From positions 1 through 58,541 of IMG/VR virus record IMGVR_UViG_3300032282_004643: a stretch of 58,541 bases of DNA; one strand, written 5' to 3'. The notes below the pieces were generated by a model, which ran no database searches, was not told where the DNA came from, and saw only the letters and a list, made by a program, of their open reading frames with translations. Each line of letters starts with the position of its first letter. Positions within the stretch are counted from its first letter, which is position 1. This stretch comes from a virus. Its lineage: Duplodnaviria; Caudoviricetes. Made by a program: the position numbers and the translations under genes. Positions 45,056 to 54,615 of this stretch are shown one piece after another.

Positions 45056-46188
45056 ATTGCCCTCGTAACTGGACCTATATTAGATCTTTTACTATACCAA
45101 CCATCACCAGTTGATATATCGTGAATTTGTTTAAATGCCGCATCGTACTTATGCGCTAACGTATACATATCATAATTTTCAACTGCAAAATTTCTGACAT
45201 ATTCTCTGGATATTTCTCCGTTCTCTATACGTTCTAGTCCAGACAAATAATCCCCAAGAGTTCTACAATGGAATCCTGTTTTACCGTGCTGAATTGTTTC
45301 GGTAAAACTTCCATACGAAGAACCCAATACAGGTGTACCACACAATTCTGCTTCTACGGTTACTCCACCAAATGGTTCTACATATCTGGTTGGCATTAAT
45401 ACCGCCATTGCATTATTTAAAAAGTGAGAACGATCTCTACCGTGAATTGGTGGTACATATTCTATATTTGATGAAACTAAATATGGAGTTGGATCTCCCT
45501 GACCACAAATTTTAAATTGTAAATCTGGTCGGTGCTTAGCTACTTCTGTGACTATATGCACACCCTTAATATCAGACAATCTACCAAAGTATGCAACGTA
45601 TTTTTGTGGATTTGGATTGAAGTCCCAGTCATCTACCTTGAAATAATTTGGAATTACCCAATTATAGTCATGACCACTCTTACCTTCCCTACCAATTTCA
45701 TAGTGATACCATGCATTACTTTCAAAAATACGAAAACTTTGATACGAATTTGGATAACCAATACCAGTTTCTACTTTGGGGTTGGCAAAATCCGAAATTG
45801 CTGATTCATGTGCATATCCGAAAGGTAAGCAAATGATATCATGTGTGTCAAGGTTTCGTGTTAACTGAATTTTTAAACGTTCGTTAAATATTCTATAAAG
45901 TTCATTTCCGGTATTTGCTAAATCACCAATAAAATCAGATGGCATAGCATCACGATCACCATACAATTCTTTAAATAATTTTGTACGAATACCTGTCCAT
46001 TCATCAAATGACATTAAATTAACATCATATACCGCCCCACTGTGCGCACCTTCAACACCATAATGTATAACGTCATATCCAACTGATTGCATCATTGGAG
46101 CAAAACGTTTTACCTTGCCTGTAAAGGCACAGTGGCTAAATTCATACGTTGTTTGGGTATGCGGAATACCTAATAAGTGTAACCGCAT
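45052..46188 (-). CDS. Glycosyltransferase family 4 (GT-B)
   Basis: FGRLSDIKG; EPFGGVTVEAELCGTPV. Confidence 0.85.
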   Translation of the reverse strand: MRLHLLGIPHTQTTYEFSHCAFTGKVKRFAPMMQSVGYDVIHYGVEGAHSGAVYDVNLMSFDEWTGIRTKLFKELYGDRDAMPSDFIGDLANTGNELYRIFNERLKIQLTRNLDTHDIICLPFGYAHESAISDFANPKVETGIGYPNSYQSFRIFESNAWYHYEIGREGKSGHDYNWVIPNYFKVDDWDFNPNPQKYVAYFGRLSDIKGVHIVTEVAKHRPDLQFKICGQGDPTPYLVSSNIEYVPPIHGRDRSHFLNNAMAVLMPTRYVEPFGGVTVEAELCGTPVLGSSYGSFTETIQHGKTGFHCRTLGDYLSGLERIENGEISREYVRNFAVENYDMYTLAHKYDAAFKQIHDISTGDGWYSKRSNIGPVTRAI

Positions 46189-46193
46189 AGATA

Positions 46194-46349
46194 TTAGAAT
46201 TTAATTTCCAAACGTGTTAATTGATCTTTAAGTGCTGCAACATACCGTGCGGGGGAATCTGGTAGTTGTGCTTCTAACATTAGTGCTTCTAATTCAGCGA
46301 CTGATAACTTCTTTATAAATTCTTCGTTTGGATGAACTTTTGATGCCAT
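46194..46349 (-). CDS. 51-aa hypothetical protein
   Basis: Manual ORF MASKVHPNEE... downstream of TATTTATA at 46381-46388. Confidence 0.5.
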   Translation of the reverse strand: MASKVHPNEEFIKKLSVAELEALMLEAQLPDSPARYVAALKDQLTRLEIKF

Positions 46350-46404
46350 AACCTAACTCCTTGTTAAAGAACCATACAACTATAAATATAATTTTGGTGT
46401 GGCA

Positions 46405-46441
46405 AAAAACAAAAATGGGAGAGTCAAAAACTCTCCCATTT
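46405..46441 (-). terminator. Rho-independent terminator
   Basis: AATGGGAGAG/CTCTCCCATT + T-tract. Confidence 0.8.
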
Positions 46442-46466
46442 AAGTTCTACTTAGAACGTTTGCGTA

Positions 46467-46781
46467 TTACGCGAGCGTCCAAGCGGAGATGTAACGGCCC
46501 TTGGCCTGCGGACGGGTCGAAGCGACCATACCATCCTGCTCAAACATACCGTTGCTGAAAACGGAGTTGATGAACGAAAGGCGCGTACGAACCTGCTCAG
46601 TGCGGACACCATCACGCGTCAGATACGTGTGAACGTCATCAGCCGTGACAACGCCATCGGTACGACGAGCGGCCAGACCACGAAGGTACGAAGAAATGCG
46701 ACGGGTCGTAGCCTCACGCTCCTGCGTGTTGTAGGTCTTGACCGTGAAACGGGTGTTGCTATTGCGTTTTGCCATAAACAT
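46467..46781 (-). CDS. Basic hypothetical protein, own promoter and terminator
   Basis: GC-rich biased codons; GAGG SD. Confidence 0.75.
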   Translation of the reverse strand: MFMAKRNSNTRFTVKTYNTQEREATTRRISSYLRGLAARRTDGVVTADDVHTYLTRDGVRTEQVRTRLSFINSVFSNGMFEQDGMVASTRPQAKGRYISAWTLA

Positions 46782-46888
46782 AACCTCTTTATAAAAAGTT
46801 TTCTGCTACGAAATATCCGATATTTGTACGAGCGTCACCACATTGGTGGGTGGGCTTCGGAACTGTTTCGTTCAGTACCAACACCTTA

Positions 46889-46917
46889 AACATATAATCT
46901 CTATCCGATATTGTCAA
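46889..46917 (-). promoter_or_regulatory. Sigma70-type promoter
   Basis: TTGACA-17-TATGTT. Confidence 0.7.
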
Positions 46918-46952
46918 GAGCTGTAAAAAGATTGTTGGGTAATAAATTTTGT

Positions 46953-47219
46953 TTAGTTACTAGACGTTAATACTGGGCTATTAAAATCAAATTGATCATC
47001 CAACACATACACTTTCTGATTAATAGCGGAACTAATGGTATTTAAAATAGTTACTACGTCAACTTTTTCCAAATCACCATACCACAACTTACCAAACTCT
47101 CTGGTGGCAACCGATACGTTGTTTAATGCATTCTTGCTGAGTGTCATATTACCAACTGTACCACACATCTTTACTGCAATATCTACTGCCGGTTGAATAT
47201 CTTCTGCTACGTAAAACAT
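46953..47219 (-). CDS. Hypothetical protein
   Basis: ORF with SD. Confidence 0.6.
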   Translation of the reverse strand: MFYVAEDIQPAVDIAVKMCGTVGNMTLSKNALNNVSVATREFGKLWYGDLEKVDVVTILNTISSAINQKVYVLDDQFDFNSPVLTSSN

Positions 47220-47229
47220 ACATGCCTCG

Positions 47230-47589
47230 TTATTGAGGTTCTTGATTTGTCACCTGAGGTGACGCGGACTCCATCATTTCATTATACTGTATGGTATAAC
47301 AAGTCGTACATAAACAGGGTGATTCAGCTATATCTTTTCTACGTACACCAAAATTACCACACTCTTCACAAATTTTTGCCGATTCCCTTTCTATCTTATA
47401 CGAGATACAATCTAACACATACTTCTGTGTATTGTCAAGGGGTTCTTCGAATATAATTTGAAGCATAGAATGGCGTGTACTAATATCTACTATATTAGCA
47501 AAATGTAACTGATCTGTTACAGAATAAGCTTTATCTAACAGATCATGCCATCCTGATTTTATTATTTCTTTAGCTTGATCTTTATTCAT
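47230..47589 (-). CDS. Hypothetical protein with C-terminal Zn ribbon
   Basis: SAKICEECG...LCTTC. Confidence 0.6.
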   Translation of the reverse strand: MNKDQAKEIIKSGWHDLLDKAYSVTDQLHFANIVDISTRHSMLQIIFEEPLDNTQKYVLDCISYKIERESAKICEECGNFGVRRKDIAESPCLCTTCYTIQYNEMMESASPQVTNQEPQ

Positions 47590-47750
47590 ATATTATTTTC
47601 TTTCTTTTCTTTTTGCTTCTTTTTCTTTTCTTTATGGAGTCTGTGTTGTTGGGCACGACCAAACTCCCTAAAAACTAGTATGCAGTTTTTAATAAATTGT
47701 TTTAAAGACCGCACGAGCTCATGCGGGATGTGTATTATAGGTAGTGGATA

Positions 47751-47921
47751 TCAGCCAGAAAACGGCAGCTTCTTCATTTCACGAAAAATATCGTCTGCTG
47801 ATGCTCGACTAATTTCTTGATCGTGTTCTTCTTTATCAAATTTAATTTTATTTGGTTTTGGTACAGCTTTACCACTTAACTTTTTTACGAGTTGGGCAAT
47901 TCGTTTATCAGAAGGAATCAT
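47751..47921 (-). CDS. 56-aa hypothetical protein
   Basis: Manual ORF MIPSDKRIAQLVKK..., start overlaps upstream stop. Confidence 0.5.
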   Translation of the reverse strand: MIPSDKRIAQLVKKLSGKAVPKPNKIKFDKEEHDQEISRASADDIFREMKKLPFSG

Positions 47922-48358
47922 TTATCCTCACCTTTCCAGGGTTCATTGGGTTCATCATCGTCATCGGAAGAGTTATCTTCAAATAACTGTCTAAGTTCTT
48001 CGATATCTCTATCGTTTAGATTACGATAGTTAGGATCATTTTTCATTTTTTCAATGAGTTGATCAAACGTTGGCGCGGAATGTTTTCCATCTTCACTTTT
48101 AAATACTTGAAACAGTGGGCGCATATTTGCCTGTTGTTCATATTCCTTTGTAGCTTCTCCCAATGCATCAACGAAATTTTCCGACGCTTCCATTGTAGCT
48201 TGTACCATCTGTTGTGTCTTATTCAAATCTATATACACGGTTTTTGTGATAGTAAGAATCTCGGTTAACACCGTTGTCATTTTATTAACTAAAATAACCA
48301 ACGCAATTGTTCCTACAAGAAATCCACCTGATAAGACACCCAACACAAAATTTTCCAA
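47918..48358 (-). CDS. Membrane-anchored hypothetical protein
   Basis: N-terminal TM, acidic tail. Confidence 0.6.
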   Translation of the reverse strand: MENFVLGVLSGGFLVGTIALVILVNKMTTVLTEILTITKTVYIDLNKTQQMVQATMEASENFVDALGEATKEYEQQANMRPLFQVFKSEDGKHSAPTFDQLIEKMKNDPNYRNLNDRDIEELRQLFEDNSSDDDDEPNEPWKGEDK

Positions 48359-48372
48359 ATTAACCTCTCTTT

Positions 48373-48690
48373 TTATCCGATACCAAAACCTGTTTGATTT
48401 CTGAGTATCGGTGGTAACTCACATGGTTCAAATTCGTCTATTACTGAATTGTATTTATACCACAACTTCATGCTATTCTGTTCAAGATTCGGCCTAACAG
48501 AGTTTAATAAACTTTTTTCAATGACAGCGTATTGATATGTCATTCCATCTGCCAAATCTTGCATGTTATTACGTACTGCATATATTGCATCTTCTAACTC
48601 CGTGCAAATTAACGGAGTTCTTCTTATTCCAAGTGGAAGAAAATTACGGAGATCTACCACTGTGACGGTATATACTGTATTAGTATTCAT
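48373..48690 (-). CDS. Hypothetical protein
   Basis: ORF in operon. Confidence 0.6.
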   Translation of the reverse strand: MNTNTVYTVTVVDLRNFLPLGIRRTPLICTELEDAIYAVRNNMQDLADGMTYQYAVIEKSLLNSVRPNLEQNSMKLWYKYNSVIDEFEPCELPPILRNQTGFGIG

Positions 48691-49009
48691 CTGTCAGTGG
48701 TTCACCTGAATCTACTTCATATTTTCGTAAACGAGTTTTCAAAACACTAACTTCAAATAATAGTTCATTTGTAGTTTCTACTTGATTGTAATACTTTTCA
48801 CGCCACTCGTCAACTTCTTCTCTGAGTCCTGCTAACTCTTCCTTTACCGCATCCAATTCTGCACGTAATTCTTTTCTGAGAATTGCATGTTCGTCTACTA
48901 CGGTTTTACTTAACCATAGTTTTTCGATTAATTTCAAAAATACACCACCAACAATTGCAGCCACACCAGCTGTTGCTGCTTCTGGCGAAAATATATTTAC
49001 GTCGGCCAT
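48680..49009 (-). CDS. TM + coiled-coil protein
   Basis: N-terminal hydrophobic helix, heptad repeats. Confidence 0.6.
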   Translation of the reverse strand: MADVNIFSPEAATAGVAAIVGGVFLKLIEKLWLSKTVVDEHAILRKELRAELDAVKEELAGLREEVDEWREKYYNQVETTNELLFEVSVLKTRLRKYEVDSGEPLTDEY

Positions 49010-49026
49010 TTAGTAAAAGTTAAAGG

Positions 49027-49230
49027 TTACGCAGAACCATCATTTTTTACCAATAACCTTTTCAACATAAGTCCAATACTAACAACTCGCATTATGTAAA
49101 ATACAAGTCCGATAAATAACGATAAGATTATATCAACAACCGATAAATGCCCATGCATTACCGATCCGACTAATACTCCAAATATAAATACAATTGTAGA
49201 TAAAGTATTTACCGCGGTTCTGTGTTTCAT
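49027..49230 (-). CDS. Small two-TM membrane protein
   Basis: Two hydrophobic helices; late motif at 49259-49266. Confidence 0.55.
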   Translation of the reverse strand: MKHRTAVNTLSTIVFIFGVLVGSVMHGHLSVVDIILSLFIGLVFYIMRVVSIGLMLKRLLVKNDGSA

Positions 49231-49273
49231 ATTTCAAATATTGAGTTACATAACCGCTTATAAATATATTGAA

Positions 49274-49495
49274 TTATTTTAACAATATCAAATCCTTGAT
49301 AGATGCTAAAAATCTAACGTGTGTATCAAACTCCATAGCAACCCATACGCGAACTTCATTATCAATTACTTCATCAATTCGCGGGGTTGACATCAAAATT
49401 ACATCATAACCAGAACTACTCAACCTTGCAGTTGCTCCTGTAATGAATCCGTCATTTTCATACTTTGTAAGTAATTCCAGTGAGTCGAAATTCAT
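49274..49495 (-). CDS. Hypothetical protein
   Basis: GAGG SD. Confidence 0.55.
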   Translation of the reverse strand: MNFDSLELLTKYENDGFITGATARLSSSGYDVILMSTPRIDEVIDNEVRVWVAMEFDTHVRFLASIKDLILLK

Positions 49496-49504
49496 AAAAT
49501 AACC

Positions 49505-49756
49505 TCACTTCAAGTTATCTAACAGATAAGAGTTACACAATGGTTCACTCTTCATAATGATAAGTGTATCACGAGAAGAACGAGCGATGCTCAACAATGA
49601 TGGACATGCAACTTGCTGCCATCTAAATTGTCTTTGTGTTTGTTTGTCATCGTACATTTTTGCGAAGTAGATCAGTGCTACAATAACAACAGTAGTGCTA
49701 CCCCAATACTTAACCATACTCCAATCAATCTTCTTCTTCGTAACCTCTGTCATCAT
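49505..49756 (-). CDS. Small membrane protein
   Basis: Single TM; start moved downstream. Confidence 0.5.
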   Translation of the reverse strand: MMTEVTKKKIDWSMVKYWGSTTVVIVALIYFAKMYDDKQTQRQFRWQQVACPSLLSIARSSRDTLIIMKSEPLCNSYLLDNLK

Positions 49757-49934
49757 CGTAATCCTCATCATAAGGTTCGATGTCATCAGCCGAAATTTCG
49801 GCACCAATGATGCCATCTTCTTCAATGAATAAGCAGCTATCCAACGCTTCTTCTACATAAGAAACTGCATCCATTTCATCTTCACCAAATACAATTACAT
49901 TTACTGGTACGACAAATTTATTTAACTTCTTCAT
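49725..49934 (-). CDS. Acidic hypothetical protein
   Basis: GAGG SD. Confidence 0.55.
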   Translation of the reverse strand: MKKLNKFVVPVNVIVFGEDEMDAVSYVEEALDSCLFIEEDGIIGAEISADDIEPYDEDYDDDRGYEEED

Positions 49935-49984
49935 CTTAATGCCTCATTAATAGTTTGTCAAGCTACTACTATTTTAAATAGTGA

Positions 49985-51001
49985 TTAAATTCCGTTAGGC
50001 GTGGTTGACCACGTAATATCTTCAACATCTGTGTTATTTAAAATAGTATTTGTTACATAGTCCTTAAACTCAGCGCTGTTCGACAAATTATGCATGACAC
50101 CATTATACATCAATTTGTAAACACCCACCGACTCCAATATATCCAGTTTATTGATAATTAAATCGGTAACACCGTTAATATTTGCAGCTTTGATTACACC
50201 ATCTAAGTCTAACCACCTAACTTTTCGTTTACGTCCGGTAGTTGCACCAAACTCACCACCAGCTTCCTGAATTCTTTGAAGATCAACATCATTTTCGTCT
50301 TGGAACGTGGCTTTAAATCCAGAATACGTTTCGTATGCTTTCATAATACCAAATATGTAACGTAATTTTTTTGGAGGAATTCCGTTTAAGCAAGCAGCGC
50401 CTGCCGTACAATGCGAACTAGTGACGTATGGATAATCACCCCAATCAATATCAATTTGAAAACCTTGTGCACCTTCGCACAAAATACGATATGGTTTTTC
50501 ACTACGATGTAAAAACTGATAGATGTCAATGATATTGTATGGTGCGTCACTTTCTAATAACTTTACATAATCCAAAATACGTTGACCTGTTCTAGCGTAT
50601 TTGTCTCGGTATGTTGGACCAATACCTTGTCGAGTGGTTCCAATCTTACTATCGGTTCCGTCCTCTTCAATATGCTTATTTGTAGTAACATGTACGCGCT
50701 TGTCTACATACAATTGACCTGTGAATCCTAGATTTCGCAACATATCCAACTCTTCGTACAATTTTGGAATATTAACTACGCATCCAGGTCCAATAATACT
50801 TGGGATACCATAAAATATTCCGACTGGTACTTGATGTGTAACAATTTTTTGTCCGTTGTGATAAACGGTATGTCCCGCATTGGCACCACCATTATAACGT
50901 AATACTACATCATAACCCTTAGCCAGATGATGGGCAACTTTACCCTTACCAGTATCTCCTGCTTGGAGATCTACAATAACATCTGCAAATTCAATACTCA
51001 T
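49985..51001 (-). CDS. purA: Adenylosuccinate synthetase (short type)
   Basis: QAGDTGKGK, GGANAGHT, IGTT..GIGPTY, EGAQG, YPYVTSS, EFGATTGRKR, NKLD. Confidence 0.92.
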   Translation of the reverse strand: MSIEFADVIVDLQAGDTGKGKVAHHLAKGYDVVLRYNGGANAGHTVYHNGQKIVTHQVPVGIFYGIPSIIGPGCVVNIPKLYEELDMLRNLGFTGQLYVDKRVHVTTNKHIEEDGTDSKIGTTRQGIGPTYRDKYARTGQRILDYVKLLESDAPYNIIDIYQFLHRSEKPYRILCEGAQGFQIDIDWGDYPYVTSSHCTAGAACLNGIPPKKLRYIFGIMKAYETYSGFKATFQDENDVDLQRIQEAGGEFGATTGRKRKVRWLDLDGVIKAANINGVTDLIINKLDILESVGVYKLMYNGVMHNLSNSAEFKDYVTNTILNNTDVEDITWSTTPNGI

Positions 51002-51513
51002 ACTCCATCCTTGTTTAAACTTAACTTTGATATGTCAAAAAAATTTCCTGGATCTGTTTTTCTGCCGTACGGACTTGCGACTTGTGCGTGCGTCACAATC
51101 TGTTTTTCACGACTATCTGGGTATTTCCTATACAAATAATTTATTAACGTACTTAAACTTTCGTATTGTTTATCTGTATACTGTGTATCATCGCTACCTT
51201 GTAAACATATACCAATACTAAACGTATTCCAATTTTTCATACCTAAATAGTCGGTGCTTCCTGCGTGGTATGCTACGTTACGTAACTCTTTAAATTGAAA
51301 TATTTTTCCATCTTTGTTGATGAAAAAATGATATGAGAGTCTACGCATACGTAAAACTAATCGGGTAGATTTTTCATTCATACCAGCACCATCATTGTGA
51401 ATGACTATATAATTGTTGGTAGTATCCCGACGACTAATTTTACCCGGTAGTAAATGTTTTGTTATTGTTGGTGGTTGTAACAACACCACAGCTAGTAATA
51501 ATTTGGTAAACAT
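50998..51513 (-). CDS. N-acetylmuramoyl-L-alanine amidase (Amidase_2)
   Basis: IVIH, SYHF, AYHAG, SIGI, H...RKTDPG. Confidence 0.85.
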   Translation of the reverse strand: MFTKLLLAVVLLQPPTITKHLLPGKISRRDTTNNYIVIHNDGAGMNEKSTRLVLRMRRLSYHFFINKDGKIFQFKELRNVAYHAGSTDYLGMKNWNTFSIGICLQGSDDTQYTDKQYESLSTLINYLYRKYPDSREKQIVTHAQVASPYGRKTDPGNFFDISKLSLNKDGV

Positions 51514-51528
51514 ATAATCTCCTCTCTA

Positions 51529-51565
51529 AAAATAAAATGGAGGTTGATATTAGTCAACCCCCAAT
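51529..51565 (-). terminator. Terminator hairpin overlapping a possible TTGACT promoter
   Basis: GGGGGTTGA/TCAACCTCC + T-rich tail. Confidence 0.6.
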
Positions 51566-51589
51566 TATTAAATTTAATTTATTGGTGAT

Positions 51590-52372
51590 TTACTGTTCAT
51601 CATCGTTCATTGACCAGAATGATAGGTGCTGTACATAAAGATCAGAGGAATGATCTTTTGCATCACCAGTAACTATCTTCAATGCACCAGTTCCGAAACT
51701 TAAACACAGTTTAACTATGTTCATAATTTTTGTTTTGTTTTCTATATTTTTGGTTATCAATCCACTTTGTCCAATGTGATGTCGTGTACCACAATGGTAA
51801 TACCACGGTGAAAACGGAACCTTCGTTACTATATCACCATTATTTACCCAACGATGATGTGTAAGATGTGTGTTAAATTCGTTAATATATTTACGATCAC
51901 CAACACGAGGACTACCAAATGTAAATAAAGCGGTTGGTGTTGGTAGTTCTGGTTGTAGTACGCATCTACGAGCCATTAACGTAGCCATAGCAGCGCCTAA
52001 ACTATGCCCGGTTAACCAGAGGGATTTTGTTTGTACGGATGAAATATGTGCTTTAATTGGTTCCCATATCTTATCCGTATATGTTCTAAATCCACGATGT
52101 ACTTGACCAATACCGGTTCGTGAGGGAACTAAATTAATACTTAAATCAGCCTTCACATCAGACCATTCGTTTACTTCCGTTCCACGGCAAACAACGATAA
52201 TATCGGTATCATCTTCAATTACGTATGCATTACTACCATCATTACCATAATAAATGGATACATAACCTAACTTATCAAATAACTTTCTTGCTTTTTCTGG
52301 TGGTTGATACGCGAGATTACTAAATCTTGCAAATAATGCACTTTGTTCTGAAAAATTTTTATTTTTAATCAT
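51590..52372 (-). CDS. Lipase class 3
   Basis: RGT, VHRGF, TGHSLGAA, FGSPRVG, DIVTKVP. Confidence 0.9.
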   Translation of the reverse strand: MIKNKNFSEQSALFARFSNLAYQPPEKARKLFDKLGYVSIYYGNDGSNAYVIEDDTDIIVVCRGTEVNEWSDVKADLSINLVPSRTGIGQVHRGFRTYTDKIWEPIKAHISSVQTKSLWLTGHSLGAAMATLMARRCVLQPELPTPTALFTFGSPRVGDRKYINEFNTHLTHHRWVNNGDIVTKVPFSPWYYHCGTRHHIGQSGLITKNIENKTKIMNIVKLCLSFGTGALKIVTGDAKDHSSDLYVQHLSFWSMNDDEQ

Positions 52373-52381
52373 ACCACACTC

Positions 52382-53893
52382 CTATAACATTATTCGAGAA
52401 CCAACTAATAGAAAACTGAGTGGTTTTTGTCCTGGACTCATCATTAATCTATATGCTGCTGTTGCACCAAAACGTTTGGTAATTTTATAGTCAAATGAAC
52501 TACCCACCATACTACCCAACTTATCATTTTTAGTAAGACCAGTTACCGGATTGTACGCAAATGGTGATGCCATAACAAATACCTGTGGAGATGCCGTGAG
52601 GCGGGGATTTATTTGAATTGGTGGATGCATCCAAAATAATACAGCCGAGGTAGCCCAACTACTGTTATAACCGTGTGTCTTTATAATTAGACTGTCGGGC
52701 ATATAAGGAAGGTCTTTTTTATATTTTTCTAATATTATTCTTCGTATTTCCGAAGTATCTGTTACTACATTTCTTTGTCCATTTGGTAAAAATAATCCTA
52801 TCGCACCCAAACTGACCCCATATACACCAAACTTAGGATGTGGTTTTACCCATGTATATCCCATCATACTCATCAATGTGCCTTTCAAATAGGCGTTCGT
52901 ATTGGAATAACTACTAATACTATTTAGTTTACCTTTTTTAAAATTCATCTTTGTGTATGATAAAGACAAGGCACCTTGATCAAGTGTACTCCATAACATT
53001 GTGGTTGCCCCATAACTTTTGTCACCTGCCAAACTACTTTGCGAAACACCAACAGTAATAATTTCCGAAAGCTTATTATCAGCGGTCTGTCCCAATGTTA
53101 AATCCGAAGCAACCATAATTGGATTTGCTCGAGCTTCTGATTTTTTCTTATCCTCTTTCTTTTCCTCTTTTTTCTCTTCCTTCTTTTCTTCTTTACTTTC
53201 TGATTTACTTTCTTCTTTCTTTTCCTCGGACTTACTTTCGGATTTACTATCATCAGACTTTGTTTCCGACTTGGTTTCAGATTTCGTTTCTGTCTTTGTT
53301 TCTGTTTTTGTTTCTCCACTTGAGCTGCTTGATGAGCTACTTGAAGTGGATGACCCAGAACTGGAGCTGGAAGAAGGAGCAGGCGCTGATGAAGAACTAG
53401 GAGGAGGAGAACTTGGTGTTGGAGGTGGTGTTGATGTGGCAGCTGAACTGGCAGCGCTGGAGGCGGCGCCTGATGCTGCACTACTTGCTGAACTACTTGC
53501 AGCATTTGAAGCAGCAGAAGTAGCAGCCGAACTTGCTGCGCTAGACGCGGCTGCGGAGGCGGCACTACTAGCTGCTTGTGCTGCCGCCTGTGTAGCTGCT
53601 TGTGTGGCAGTTTGTTGTACGATGGGATTATTGGTAATGGGACATGGTACAGCTAAAGTAACTTGATTTATCCAAGCAAGCAACTCACCAGACGAAGCTT
53701 GTTGTGCGGTAAATACTTTGGACTGATTACGATAAACTACTGTTACACCAATCCCATTTAATGGAAATGTTGCAGTTTGTACTGCATTTGTACATGGGTC
53801 TATCCACGTTTGTACTACTACCTGTGCTTTTGCAGAACAGGCAATGACTATGTTGGCTATACCAAATAAAATATATATTTTTAGTAATTTCAT
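52382..53893 (-). CDS. Exported protein with Ala/Ser/Glu-Lys low-complexity linker and beta-rich (barrel-like) C-terminus
   Basis: Signal peptide; amphipathic strands; EEKK repeats. Confidence 0.6.
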   Translation of the reverse strand: MKLLKIYILFGIANIVIACSAKAQVVVQTWIDPCTNAVQTATFPLNGIGVTVVYRNQSKVFTAQQASSGELLAWINQVTLAVPCPITNNPIVQQTATQAATQAAAQAASSAASAAASSAASSAATSAASNAASSSASSAASGAASSAASSAATSTPPPTPSSPPPSSSSAPAPSSSSSSGSSTSSSSSSSSSGETKTETKTETKSETKSETKSDDSKSESKSEEKKEESKSESKEEKKEEKKEEKKEDKKKSEARANPIMVASDLTLGQTADNKLSEIITVGVSQSSLAGDKSYGATTMLWSTLDQGALSLSYTKMNFKKGKLNSISSYSNTNAYLKGTLMSMMGYTWVKPHPKFGVYGVSLGAIGLFLPNGQRNVVTDTSEIRRIILEKYKKDLPYMPDSLIIKTHGYNSSWATSAVLFWMHPPIQINPRLTASPQVFVMASPFAYNPVTGLTKNDKLGSMVGSSFDYKITKRFGATAAYRLMMSPGQKPLSFLLVGSRIML

Positions 53894-53903
53894 TATATAT
53901 TAA

Positions 53904-54614
53904 CTATTTTTTAAAGATTCCTTTCTTAACCATACGTGTAAGAATTTTAGCCGATGCATCTTCTAAGGCTTTCTTGGTTGATGTACCAATAGTACTTTGA
54001 TTAAACTTCACTTCACTGAAATTGGCATCGTTCATTACAGTTAGTTCACGAACTGTCTTGGCTTCACCCAATCCCGAACCTGTGAAATATTCACCTGTTT
54101 CTGCATCCACAAATTTTACTTGTAGACCCAATCGTGTAACTACCGTGTTCTTGACACCATCTTTCATGTTGACAGTTTCATCCTCGGATACAGAGAAGTC
54201 ATAGACTTCTATGTATACAAAATAATGTGCCAAGCGAATCTTGCCTGCTCCATCCAACTTATCTTTTGTGAATCCTGCTTGTGATGCTTGGAATTGCTTC
54301 ACCATACGGTTTTTAATTTCCGTCTTATCTTCGGTGAAGGTGAAACGATTAGTTTCTTCCAAGAATTCTACAACAATATTTGTGACACCTAATCCCACAC
54401 GCTTATCTTTGAGTTCTGGATATTGTGAGAATACTTCATCACCAATACCGATATTCAAGAGTTGAATAGGAATTTTTGGACCATCATAGTCCATTAAGGA
54501 ATCAATATTCACCTTCTTTTCGAAGGAGGCCTTATAATCTTCCGTTTTGGTCTTGCCGACTACTTGAGCTGACAATATGGACGGAACAAAAAATAACAAC
54601 AATAATTTTTTCAT
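53904..54614 (-). CDS. CsgG/HfaB-like exported protein
   Basis: Signal peptide; LEETNRF..., LGLQVKFVDAETGEYFTGSG. Confidence 0.65.
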   Translation of the reverse strand: MKKLLLLFFVPSILSAQVVGKTKTEDYKASFEKKVNIDSLMDYDGPKIPIQLLNIGIGDEVFSQYPELKDKRVGLGVTNIVVEFLEETNRFTFTEDKTEIKNRMVKQFQASQAGFTKDKLDGAGKIRLAHYFVYIEVYDFSVSEDETVNMKDGVKNTVVTRLGLQVKFVDAETGEYFTGSGLGEAKTVRELTVMNDANFSEVKFNQSTIGTSTKKALEDASAKILTRMVKKGIFKK

Positions 54615-54615
54615 A

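Noticed and set aside
49933-49961. TTGACA-17-TAAGAT promoter
   Set aside because: The -10 overlaps the start codon of the adjacent gene, so its role is unclear
49985-51001. PurZ / Z-genome (with the HD hydrolase as DatZ)
   Set aside because: The N-terminal motif keeps the PurA catalytic Asp (GDTGKG) rather than PurZ Ser (GSTGKG), and the HD gene is not adjacent
53019-53666. Plus-strand 215-aa ORF and other plus-strand ORFs (e.g. 8894, 10475)
   Set aside because: Antisense shadows of low-complexity or biased-codon minus-strand genes; no SD or motifs
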